From an uncultured delta proteobacterium (GTDB taxonomy: Bacteria; Desulfobacterota; Binatia; UBA9968), in assembly GCA_963760795.1 (NCBI GenBank), contig CAVXEP010000011.1:24349-88348 (forward strand): DNA of 64,000 bases, read 5' to 3'. Position numbers and translations under genes: made by a program. This document shows positions 49,688 through 59,336 of this stretch, one piece after another. Under the pieces are notes generated by a model. That model saw nothing but the letters and a program-made list of their open reading frames with translations. It made no database searches and was not told the DNA's origin. How positions within the stretch are numbered: position 1 is the first letter of the stretch; each line of letters starts with the position of its first letter.

Positions 49688-49940
49688 GAGCCGGCCGTTC
49701 GCGTAGGGCGGGACAAATATCTCCAGGCTTCTTGCCCGTCACTTTGAGGTAAAGCGCATCGGGACACAGATCGATCCTATCGCTCCAACCCAGGTCACCG
49801 GATGAACCGATACGAACCTGATCGAACTTGAGAGGTTCGCTCTATACAGCAAACACATCTTTGCTGACGTCTTCCGACAGGTCCACGCTCCAGGAAACTC
49901 CGTCGTCAAACTCCAGCTTTAGCCAATATGCCGGCAAGAG
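49680..49940 (-). pseudogene. DUF2442 family gene remnant with internal stop
   Basis: Reverse frame LLPAYWLKLEFDDGVSWSVDLS..VFAV*SEPLKFDQVRIGSSGDLGWSDRIDLCPDALYLKVTGKKP..PAHA*; its stop overlaps the DUF4160 start. Confidence 0.78.
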
Positions 49941-49942
49941 CC

Positions 49943-50163
49943 GTAGGTCGGGTTAGCCAAGCGTAACCCGAGGCTCGACTACTCATGCTAGCCCGGTCGA
50001 ACTCCAACGACTCGCATGTCGCTACGGCAGAGAAATTCCTGGCTTCATGGTGCGGCTGAAAGCGCTGCGTCACGTGGTGCTGAATGAGAACCTGTTACGC
50101 GGTACGACGGTACTTCATCGCGGTTCGCGGAGGCGTCGGGTTACGTTGCGCTAACCCACCAAC
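49943..50163. mobile_element. Inverted pair of GTAG-type REPs flanking a possible deleted RAYT (REP-associated tyrosine transposase) gene
   Basis: GTAGGTCGGGTTAGCCAAGCGTAACCCGA at 49943; reverse GTTGGTGGGTTAGCGCAACGTAACCCGAC ending at 50163; MKYRRT* starts at 50118 on the minus strand. Confidence 0.55.
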
Positions 50164-50227
50164 AAGTTGGTAATGCGCCTGGCATAGGGCGCACTGGAGG
50201 AGTTCCGGCCGGAAGCTGACTAAAGCT

Positions 50228-51463
50228 CTATTGCGTGCTGTCGTCGTCGAGGATCGTTGTCTGTTCGCGCTCTCGATCAAGCGTGTAAAGATCCTGTGGC
50301 TTGCCGACGCCGCGCAGCGCATAACGTCCGACGGAAACCAGAAGTTTCTTGGGTTCGCCGATGGCCGAGGCGAAAGCAGATGACACCAGCAGCGGTTGAT
50401 CGACGGAGCGGCATAGGCCGGCGATGCGGCTTACTTCATTGACCGCGGGACCGACGACGGTGAAATCGAGGCGCTCGCGGCTGCCGATGTTGCCGTAGAA
50501 GACTTCGCCGATGTGAAGACCCAAATACATGTCGGTCGTCGGTAGATTTTCGGCGTCGCGCCGTTGATTGACCAAGTCCACCGCGGCCCGGGCGGTCTCG
50601 GCGGCGGCTAATGCGGCGTGGCAAGCGCTGGCGCGGTCGTCAGCGGTAAAGATGGCCAGAGTGCCGTCGCCCATCAGCTTGAGAACATCGCCGCCGCAAT
50701 CGTGGATCGCCGATAAGATCGCATCGGCGTAATCATTCAGCAGCGGAATAATCTGCTCCGGCTCGGCTGAATCGCTGATCTTGGTGTAGTTGCGCAAGTC
50801 GCTGAACCAAAGAACTGCTTCGATGCGATCGGCAACGCCGCGATCGATGCGGCCGGCCAAAACTTTTCGTCCCGCGTCCCGGCCGAGATAGGTCTCGACC
50901 AACGTCTCGGCGATACGTGCTAGCGATGCTGATTTCATCGCGAGCGCCACTGACGGCATCAGCCGTTCGAGTTCACCGACAAAATTGTCGTCGAACCCTT
51001 GAGGCAATTCGGTCGCCCACGACGAATAGACGCAGTCCATATCACCGACGATACCCTCGGCGGCGAAACGTATGGCGATGGCGATATAGTCGGTGAGTCC
51101 TTCGGTGGCGAGGTCAGAGAAGATCGGAAACTCAGGTATCGTTTCGGCGGTCAATCGTCGCCTCAGTAGTTGTTCACCAGTGAGTTCCAGATGATAGAAT
51201 GGGCTGCGTTCCCAGCGGTCTTCCCCAGCGTCGCTGCGACCGAACTCCGAGAGCATCGTCGCCATCTTTTCGCGTTTCCAGGTGAAGGCGCGGCCTTGGT
51301 AAACCGGATGCAAGGTGTCGATGACAATGTTGGCGCGAGCAAGCGGTGCGCCGCAAGCCAGCAGGCGTTCGCAAACTCCGGTTAAAATTGCCGATTCCCC
51401 CAATCCTGACAGCCCGGCTTCGGTGATCCATGTCACCAACTGGTCGACTTGCGAGTCTTTCAT
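50228..51463 (-). CDS. Class III adenylate/guanylate cyclase with N-terminal GAF-like region
   Basis: FSDLRNYT, VLKLMGDG, GLHIGEVFYGNIGS and DFTVVGPAVNEVSRI. Confidence 0.92.
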   Translation of the reverse strand: MKDSQVDQLVTWITEAGLSGLGESAILTGVCERLLACGAPLARANIVIDTLHPVYQGRAFTWKREKMATMLSEFGRSDAGEDRWERSPFYHLELTGEQLLRRRLTAETIPEFPIFSDLATEGLTDYIAIAIRFAAEGIVGDMDCVYSSWATELPQGFDDNFVGELERLMPSVALAMKSASLARIAETLVETYLGRDAGRKVLAGRIDRGVADRIEAVLWFSDLRNYTKISDSAEPEQIIPLLNDYADAILSAIHDCGGDVLKLMGDGTLAIFTADDRASACHAALAAAETARAAVDLVNQRRDAENLPTTDMYLGLHIGEVFYGNIGSRERLDFTVVGPAVNEVSRIAGLCRSVDQPLLVSSAFASAIGEPKKLLVSVGRYALRGVGKPQDLYTLDREREQTTILDDDSTQ

Positions 51464-51585
51464 ATGTTTAGTTCTATATCATAGGCGGCGCTGACCTGCC
51501 TCTGCAGCGATTGACAGAAAATCGTTTCCCTTTCCCAGGCAAATTAGGGTAAAAAATAGATCGGAATCAATTGAGGAGCACTTTC

Positions 51586-53307
51586 ATGGAAACCAACAAA
51601 TCAGTCACCATCCAAGTCGAAACCGTCGGCCAGGCGTACCTGGAAGTTCTGCGCGCGCGCGGGATCAAATATTTCTTCGGCAATAGCGGCACGGACTTTG
51701 GGCCGGTCATTGACGCGTTAGCGCGCTTTGGCGCGGAGAAAAAAATCCATCCGATGCCGATTACCGTGCCGCATGAGTTTGTCGCGGTGAGCATGGCGCA
51801 GGGTTATGCAATGATTACCGGCGAGCCGCAGGTGGTGATGGTGCATGTGATCGTCGGCACGGGCAACGCTTCGGCCGCGATCATGAACGCTTCGCGGCTC
51901 AATGTGCCGATGCTCTTTTCCGCGGGCCGGACACCCCTGACCGAGGAAGGATTGCGCGGCAGCCGGAGTAACTTTATTCACTGGGGGCAAGAGTCGTTTG
52001 ATCAGGGCGGCCTGGTGCGCGAGTTTACGCGGTGGGATTATGAGCTGCGCAATGGCGATCAAGTGGAAACCGTCGTCGATCGGGCGCTGGAAATGGCGCT
52101 CGGCACGCCCCAGGGTCCGGTCTATTTAACCCTGCCGCGCGAAGTGCTGGCGCAAAAAATGGACTCGATCACGATTCATCCCAATCGCAAATCCCAAGCC
52201 GAGGCATTGCAGCCGAGCCCGGCGTCGATCAAGCGCACCGCGGAGGTCTTGCGCGGGGCGGTCAATCCGTTGATCATCACCGGCCGGCTGGGCTCCGATC
52301 CCACCGCGGTGAGCGCGATGGTTGCGTTCGCCGAAGCGTTGGTCGCGCCGGTGGTGACGCCGGCGAGTCCGTTCGTGAGTATGCCCAACACCCATGAGTT
52401 TCATCTCGGCGTCAGCTCCGCGCCCTATATCAAAGACGCCGATGTCATCGTCGTGGTGGAGTCCGACGTGCCGTGGTACCCGCAGCAGGGCAAGCCATCG
52501 GAAAGCGCCAAGGTGATTCAAATCGCCCGGGATCCGAACTACGGCGACATTCCTATCCGAAACTTTCCCAAGGACATCTCCATTGGCGGCGATCCCAAGC
52601 TCGCGCTGGAATTGTTGGCGCAGGAATTAACCAGCGGGCCGCGCAACGAAAAATTACTCGCCGAGCGCGCCGAAAAGATTCGCGCCAAACACAAACAGTA
52701 TCGCCAAGGGGTTATCCAAAAGGCTGAGCATGGCGGTAGCCAAAGACCGATCAGCCACGCCTGGCTGGCCTACTGTGTCGATCAGGTGCGCGACGCCGAC
52801 ACCATCGTGATCAGCGACCATGGCATCGGCAACGAAGTGCTCAATATACGCGAGCCCGGAAGTTACTACGGCGGTTCTCCCGCCGGCGGACTCGGCTGGG
52901 GCATTGGCGGCGGCTTGGGCATGAAGCTGGCGCGCCCTGAGAAAACTTTGATCGTCACCGTCGGCGATGGAACTTATATGTTCAATAATCCCACCGCCTG
53001 CCATTTTGTTTCGGAGGCGTACGATCTGCCGCTGCTGACGATCATCTGCAACAATGCGATTTGGCACGCCAGCAAGGCGGCGACCCAACAGGTGATGCCG
53101 GACGGCTGGGCGGCGAGCACGGGAAACTTTCCGTTGACCGAGTTAGCGCCGTCGCCGCGCTACGAAAAAGTCGTCGAGGCCCATGGCGGCTACGGCGAGA
53201 TGGTCGACGACCCGCAACAGGTGCTGCCGGCGCTCAAACGCGCCCTTAAAGTCGTCAAAGAGGAGAAGCGCCAGGCGGTGCTGAATGTGATTTGCGGCAG
53301 TCATTAG
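51586..53307 (+). CDS. Thiamine-diphosphate-requiring enzyme (acetolactate synthase-like)
   Basis: FGNSGTDF, PHEFVAVSMA, GPVYLTLPRE and GDGTYMF...NN; ATG 51586 after GAGGAG. Confidence 0.92.
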   Translation: METNKSVTIQVETVGQAYLEVLRARGIKYFFGNSGTDFGPVIDALARFGAEKKIHPMPITVPHEFVAVSMAQGYAMITGEPQVVMVHVIVGTGNASAAIMNASRLNVPMLFSAGRTPLTEEGLRGSRSNFIHWGQESFDQGGLVREFTRWDYELRNGDQVETVVDRALEMALGTPQGPVYLTLPREVLAQKMDSITIHPNRKSQAEALQPSPASIKRTAEVLRGAVNPLIITGRLGSDPTAVSAMVAFAEALVAPVVTPASPFVSMPNTHEFHLGVSSAPYIKDADVIVVVESDVPWYPQQGKPSESAKVIQIARDPNYGDIPIRNFPKDISIGGDPKLALELLAQELTSGPRNEKLLAERAEKIRAKHKQYRQGVIQKAEHGGSQRPISHAWLAYCVDQVRDADTIVISDHGIGNEVLNIREPGSYYGGSPAGGLGWGIGGGLGMKLARPEKTLIVTVGDGTYMFNNPTACHFVSEAYDLPLLTIICNNAIWHASKAATQQVMPDGWAASTGNFPLTELAPSPRYEKVVEAHGGYGEMVDDPQQVLPALKRALKVVKEEKRQAVLNVICGSH

Positions 53308-54083
53308 CGTGCAGGATCCAGATCTCAACAGCGTGGTGAAAACTAACTCGTTCCAGGTGGCTTAGCACAATCCATTGATCTAATCCGGCAGCGGGAAGCT
53401 GTCGATGAGGGGAATAGACTCGCCGCTGCTAGCTTTCTAGTCCTTGTATTTGGGTGTCTCGCCGGACTCGCCAGCGCGCAAATCGGTGCATCAGACGACT
53501 ACTACTGCTACGATCTCAAATACACCGGAGAAGACAACTTTGTCATTGGTTCAGGCTAGGGCCACAACGACACCTCCAGTGAGATCGGAGCGTTGAAAAG
53601 CATCAGACGCCGTGACGACGTCCCGGCGGCACAGATTGACAAATTCTCAATGCCAATCCGAAGGCGCTGTAGTATCTCTAACTGATGTTGCTATCCTGCA
53701 ACACTGCTCTCTGGGCGCCAGCAATGCGGTGATAGAATAAAGGATGCCGGAAGGTGGGTGGCGGCGACGGAATCGTTGATTTCCAGTAAGTGTTGTCCGT
53801 GCTCAAACAGCGCTAAAAGTTGTTGGGGAAGAAGAAACCTCTAGCACGTGGAACGCTATGCACGGCACTCACTAACTAAATGGTTGAGGGGAAAGCATAA
53901 ATTACCGCTTCATTCATGGGGGTTAAGACGCGGTCGTATTCTTCGATGTCGCGAAATTCGTAGTCCTATCAGAAAGAAAAACTCTTACCCCTTCTCCCAG
54001 AATAACATCTCTTGGTGTTGCTCCTGTCTGTTCTACCTGAACCGACAATAAGCAAATCCAGATTAAACTAATTCTGAATTGAT

Positions 54084-55310
54084 ATGCGATTTTACAAATA
54101 CAGCTTAATGGTCATTCTCGTATTCGGTCTCTGCCTCCACGGAAGGATGTTATGGTACCAGTGGCAGGAAATAGTATCGGGTTCGGGCGATTTTGTATCT
54201 TACTATACAGCTGGGAAAATTATCGAAACGGAAAATAGTCGCGCGTTGGCGGATTTCAAGTTGCAGGAAGAACTCCAACAGCGATTGAATTTTTCCGGTC
54301 AAACAGAGTTCCTGCCATTTTACCATGCTCCTTATCAGGCGATCTTATTTTGGCCTTTCTCATTTCTTTCGTACCCAAATGCGCACTTGGCTTGGTCGGC
54401 TCTATCCTTAGTATTGTTGATACTTGTTTTTGCGCGCCTTGCTCCCTTTCTTGACAAGAAGCAAATATGGCTATCTGGATTGGTCCTGCTCGCGACCTAT
54501 CCCACTTGGCTTTCATTTGTCAAAGGCCAAGATACGATGATGTCTGCATTAATTCTTGTTTGTGTCTTTGGGTATTTGAAATTGGGGCACAATACATTGG
54601 CTGGGTTTACTCTGGCTCTGGGGTTGTACAAACCGCAGCTAGTATTACCTATTGCTGGAATTCTAGCGCTCAGTAATCATAGGCGTGCAACAGCATCCTT
54701 CGTTGTCACGGGTCTTGTTTTGGTGGCGATTTCTTTGTCGATGATAACCTGGGATGGCGCCATTGGGCTCGGCTTAACGCTTGCCGCGAGTATGCGTCAA
54801 GGTGTTTTAGACTATTCGTTTCACATGCCTACGATAAGAGGTCTAGTATCCACGTTATCGGGTCCATACGGAAACCCGACTGGCGCGCTGGCTTTAGGTG
54901 CTGTAGTGTCGATCCTTCTTTACACAGGCTGTGTGACGCTATTAAAGAACCAATTCAATGGTAGCAATGAATTGTTTGGGTTACAGTTCTCGTTTGCCCT
55001 TGTGACCACACTCCTGATTAATCCCCATTGCCACGCCTATGAGTTCGTATTGCTTGCGATCAGTTTGATTTTCGCGTTCGACTATATCACGCACGAAACA
55101 CCCCGACAGCGTTTCTTGCGCCCTTGTGTCTTGAGTGTGTTGTTAATGTTTTCTCTGCCAGTCCTTCCAAATTTGCTGGCCAGTTACAGGCTAATGGGTT
55201 TTGCAAGTCTGCCGGTACTGGTTCTCTATTTCGCGTTGTGGAGTGAGATTCGTACCTCCAGTCGCGGGACTCCCAAAGACAGTATCGGTGAAAAGTTACA
55301 GAGTATATGA
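54084..55310 (+). CDS. Glycosyltransferase family 87 (DUF2029, GT-C fold) membrane protein, low GC
   Basis: DFVSYYTAG, PFYHAPY, KGQD, YKPQL and PHCHAYE; multiple TM helices. Confidence 0.85.
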   Translation: MRFYKYSLMVILVFGLCLHGRMLWYQWQEIVSGSGDFVSYYTAGKIIETENSRALADFKLQEELQQRLNFSGQTEFLPFYHAPYQAILFWPFSFLSYPNAHLAWSALSLVLLILVFARLAPFLDKKQIWLSGLVLLATYPTWLSFVKGQDTMMSALILVCVFGYLKLGHNTLAGFTLALGLYKPQLVLPIAGILALSNHRRATASFVVTGLVLVAISLSMITWDGAIGLGLTLAASMRQGVLDYSFHMPTIRGLVSTLSGPYGNPTGALALGAVVSILLYTGCVTLLKNQFNGSNELFGLQFSFALVTTLLINPHCHAYEFVLLAISLIFAFDYITHETPRQRFLRPCVLSVLLMFSLPVLPNLLASYRLMGFASLPVLVLYFALWSEIRTSSRGTPKDSIGEKLQSI

Positions 55311-55480
55311 GTTTCCTGCGATATAATGGTGTAGCATAATGTAGGTCGTTGCTTCAGTAACATCGAGGCCTAAGATTAGCGGTGGGATGCAACCGTGGTT
55401 CCTTAAAGGAAAGAATAAGGTTGTACTTTTCTAATTCCTATCGATTGCGCCCTGGGGTCATTGTGATGAGTAGTTTGTCA

Positions 55481-56066
55481 AAGCCGAGCATGGCGGCAGC
55501 CAGAGACCGATCAGCCACGCCTGGCTGGCCTACTGTGTCGACCAGGTGCGCGACGCCGACACCATCGTGATCAGCGACCATGGCATCGGCAACGAAGTGC
55601 TCAACATACGCGAGCCCGGAAGTTACTACGGCGGTTCTCCCGCCGGCGGACTCGGCTGGGGCATTGGCGGCGGCTTGGGCATGAAGCTGGCGCGCCCTGG
55701 GAAAACTTTGATCGTCACCGTCGGCGATGGAACTTATATGTTCAATAATCCCACCGCCTGCCATTTTGTTTCGGAGGCGTACGATCTGCCGCTGCTGACG
55801 ATCATCTGCAACAATGCGATTGGCACGCCAGCAAGGCGGCGACCCAACAGGTGATGCCGGACGGCTGGGCGGCGAGCACGGGAAACTTTCCGTTGACCGA
55901 GTTAGCGCCGTCGCCGCGCTACGAAAAAGTCGTCGAGGCCCATGGCGGCTACGGCGAGATGGTCGACGACCCTCAACAGGTGCTGCCGGCGCTCAAACGC
56001 GCCCTTAAAGTCGTCAAAGAGGAGAAGCGCCAGGCGGTGCTGAATGTGATTTGCGGATCTCATTAG
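55481..56066 (+). pseudogene. Second copy of the 3' 587 bp (52721-53307) of the ThDP enzyme gene
   Basis: Near-identical to 52721-53307, with about 11 substitutions and one T deletion near 55821. Confidence 0.95.
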
Positions 56067-56340
56067 ACCGGATCATTTAGATTTTTGTTGCTTTTAGCTT
56101 GTTTGTTTTTACGGCAAGCAGATGGGAATCAGCATTTTTGATTCTTCATTGGAAACGGCCGCTCGCAGCGCCGTTAAAGTACTCGGTGTCAATCCACAGT
56201 ATGACGTGATCTTGTTGCAGAGCGGCAATGAGGATCCTTATTGTTGCCAGCAAACGCTTGAACCGAGTACAATCGCATGTACGACTGCGTCAAGGCGGGG
56301 TCGCCTTGAGCTTAGCTAACCGGTTTGACCTGCGTAAGCT

Positions 56341-57285
56341 ATGGAAGCAATAAGAAAATATTTAGCGGCATTAAAGCATATATTGATCGCGGTGCCGGTT
56401 TTTCTAACCCTCCTCGGCGTCCTCCATTTTCCCTATGACGTTGACGTGCCGCTAACGCAGCAGGAGATCGCAGCTGCGCAAAAATATTATGCCGACGCCT
56501 ATCGCGCGCCGGTAAAGGAAGGCACAACAACCGAATACGAAACGAAATATCTTCGCCTCGCGGAGGTGACGGCAAAAGCGCTTCGAATCGAAGAGCAGGT
56601 AGCCGCGTTTGCGCGAGAGTTCAACTTGAGCAGTCGGAAGATTTTGGAAATCGGATCGGGACGAGGATACTTGCAGGATGTTGTCGAAAATTATACCGGG
56701 CTCGACATCTCTACGAGCGTGGCGCGTTTTTACCACAAGAAATTTGTCCTAGGCTCGGCCACTGCGTTGCCCTTCCCCGACGACAGCTTTGACGGTGTCT
56801 GGTCTATCTGGGTATTCGAGCATGTGCCCAATCCCGAACAGGCATTTCGCGAGGCTCGACGGGTTACACGAGATAAGGGAGTCATTTTTTTACTACCAGC
56901 CTGGAATTGTGTGTCTTGGGCGGCCGAGGGTTATGAAGCAAGACCCTATGCCGATTTCGATCTGGCCGGCAAACTTATCAAGGCGAGCCTTATCATGCGA
57001 GCTGACCCGGCGTTCAGGATTGCCAGCCTTTTGCCGATTCGCGGGATACGCACTCTGACCGCTCAATTCGGCCCAACACGATTGAGATATAGACGTCTAA
57101 CACCGAATTACGAAAAGTATTGGGTGCCCGACAGCGACGCGGTGAATTCGATCGACCGGCAGGAAGCCAAGTTGTGGTTTCTGAGTCGAGGCGACGAGTG
57201 CATTGACTGCGGGGGAGCACTGTCTGACTTTTCCTCGGCCCTGATTATTCGCGTTCATAAAAGTCGGCCCGTTAGGCAAAGCTAA
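56341..57285 (+). CDS. Class I SAM-dependent methyltransferase with N-terminal membrane anchor
   Basis: ILEIGSGRG, YTGLDIS, GSATALPFPDDSFD and VFEHVPNPE. Confidence 0.88.
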   Translation: MEAIRKYLAALKHILIAVPVFLTLLGVLHFPYDVDVPLTQQEIAAAQKYYADAYRAPVKEGTTTEYETKYLRLAEVTAKALRIEEQVAAFAREFNLSSRKILEIGSGRGYLQDVVENYTGLDISTSVARFYHKKFVLGSATALPFPDDSFDGVWSIWVFEHVPNPEQAFREARRVTRDKGVIFLLPAWNCVSWAAEGYEARPYADFDLAGKLIKASLIMRADPAFRIASLLPIRGIRTLTAQFGPTRLRYRRLTPNYEKYWVPDSDAVNSIDRQEAKLWFLSRGDECIDCGGALSDFSSALIIRVHKSRPVRQS

Positions 57286-57417
57286 TGGTGCAGAGGCCGA
57301 AGTACGCCGTCTCCCACAAGCCGCATTGCGTAACCGTGGGACGAATTTGCCGACAGGCAGCGACATTTCTGCCGGCGATCGAAACATTTTTTTGCAGATG
57401 AGGCAGTGGGAGCAGTC

Positions 57418-57757
57418 ATGAAGTATTTGATCGCATTGAGAAATGTCATATTCGCCGCACTTTTTCTGACAATTCTCCTCGGTGTCCTCCATTTTCCCTA
57501 TGACGTTGACGCGCCGCTGACGGCTGCAGGAGATTGCGGCCGCCGCCCGATTTGGTTCAACCGGATTGAGATATAGACGTCTAACACCGAATTACGAAAA
57601 GTATTGGATGCCCGACAGCGACGCGGTGAATTCGATCGACCGCCACGAAGCCAAGTTGTGGTTCATGAGTCGGGGCGACGAGTGCCTCAACTGTGAAGAT
57701 GCTCTGCTTGATTCTTCCGGACCGCTGATTATTCGGGTTCACAAGTCGGCCAGCTAG
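57418..57757 (+). pseudogene. Internally deleted tandem paralog of the 56341 methyltransferase
   Basis: Keeps the N-terminus (LLGVLHFPYDVDAPLT) and C-terminus (RYRRLTPNYEKYWMPDSDAVNSID..IIRVHKS) but lacks the SAM-binding core. Confidence 0.9.
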
Positions 57758-58007
57758 TTGGTCGCTCGTGATGACATGCGACAAGCCGATGTCTCTGGTG
57801 CCTCTTTAATGATTTACCGTTACGGCAAATCATTCGACAATCAACGAGGGTTTTTGCGTGCGTTGAGAGCCATCAAAGAGGAAAACGGCAATCGGGGTTG
57901 AATGAGATCCGCGGAACCGTTAAATGATGTCAGGGGTTAGGCGTATGGGGCCAGGTGTTCGCCCGGTTTCGATCACGCGAGCGAAACTCGTTTGGTTTGG
58001 TCGCGTT

Positions 58008-59120
58008 ATGAAATTTCCGCCGCGATTCTTTTTCGTTGTTGCGGTTTTGCTTGCAGCGACCGCCGGTTTGGCTAACGCCCAGACGAACTGGCAGGCGGAG
58101 TGGGACAAGACTGTGCGAGCCGCCGAGTCGGAAGGGCAGCTGACCTTGTACGGCTGTTGCTACGACTACGACCGGGTTCTCGAAGTCTTCAAAAAAAAAT
58201 ATCCCAAACTCAAAGTCTCGACAGTGCTTAGCGGAGGCCAGTTAGCGGCGCGGATTCTTGCCGAACGGCGTGGCGAGAAATATCTCGTGGACGTTGTCAG
58301 CTCGGGCGCCAATACCCTGCACGACGCGCTCCACAAGGCCCACGCGCTCGACCCGATCAAGCCGGCGCTGCTGCTTCCTGAGGTTGTCGATCAATCGAAA
58401 TGGTACGACGGCGAGCACCGTTACATCGATACGGAAAGGCGTTACATATTCGCCTTCAACGCCAACTCACAGTCCGGCCAAATTACTTACAACCTCAAGC
58501 AGGTCAATCCTGGCGAATTCAAATCGTACTGGGATCTGTTGAATTCCAAGTGGAAGGGCAAGTTGCTCTCGCTCGATCCGACGAGCTTTGGTATGGGTAC
58601 CACGTTGCAATTTTATTATCATCACCCGGAGCTCGGCCCGCCGTATCTCAAGAAACTTTACGGCGAAATGCAAATCACGACCGGCCGCGACCCGCGCCAG
58701 ATGACCGACTGGCTATCAACGGGAAAGTTTCCGGTGTGCATCCGGTGCAACGCCGGCAGCGAGATCGGCAAGGCGGTGCAGCAGCAATTGCCGATCGGTT
58801 ATTTCGACACAGATGAATGGAAAGAGGGCGGTAGCCTCAGTGCGGCCGGAGGCACGCTCGGCATCCCAACGCGCGCCCCGCATCCCAACGCCGCCAAGGT
58901 TTTTATCAATTGGCTGCTGTCCCGCGAAGGACAGATCGCGTTGCAGAAATTGGGGCGCCCCGACGCGCACAACTCACGGCGTATCGATATCCCCAAGGAC
59001 GACGTCGATCCAACCAATCGTTTGGAGCCAGGAAGAAAATATTTCGATCTGGCCAAACCCGAGTACCAGGATCTGACGCCGATCTTCAAACTGGTCAAAG
59101 AAGTGCTGCCGCAGAAGTAG
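58008..59120 (+). CDS. Extracellular solute-binding protein (Fe3+/thiamine-type cluster)
   Basis: Signal peptide; AESEGQLTLY, SYWDLLNSKWKGK and APHPNAAKVFINWLLSREGQ. Confidence 0.88.
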   Translation: MKFPPRFFFVVAVLLAATAGLANAQTNWQAEWDKTVRAAESEGQLTLYGCCYDYDRVLEVFKKKYPKLKVSTVLSGGQLAARILAERRGEKYLVDVVSSGANTLHDALHKAHALDPIKPALLLPEVVDQSKWYDGEHRYIDTERRYIFAFNANSQSGQITYNLKQVNPGEFKSYWDLLNSKWKGKLLSLDPTSFGMGTTLQFYYHHPELGPPYLKKLYGEMQITTGRDPRQMTDWLSTGKFPVCIRCNAGSEIGKAVQQQLPIGYFDTDEWKEGGSLSAAGGTLGIPTRAPHPNAAKVFINWLLSREGQIALQKLGRPDAHNSRRIDIPKDDVDPTNRLEPGRKYFDLAKPEYQDLTPIFKLVKEVLPQK

Positions 59121-59262
59121 TTTCCTTTGCTCCGATATTTGGGGAAGAATCTTCCCGAACCCTTCCTTTTCAATCTCTGTGCGTCGATTCCTCGTAGCTT
59201 GCAGTGAGGCAGCTCATTGTTGATCGCGCGATTTCACCCGCAGCGGATCCAGCGTGCGCCGT

Positions 59263-59290
59263 GGAACGAAACCCGTTCTCCATCGTCTAA
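59263..59290 (+). promoter_or_regulatory. Candidate ECF sigma factor promoter
   Basis: GGAACG-N16-GTCTAA, 46 bp upstream of ATG 59337. Confidence 0.55.
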
Positions 59291-59336
59291 GGTTATCGTA
59301 AGCCTTGTGCCGATCGACCTAACGGAGGGGATATCT

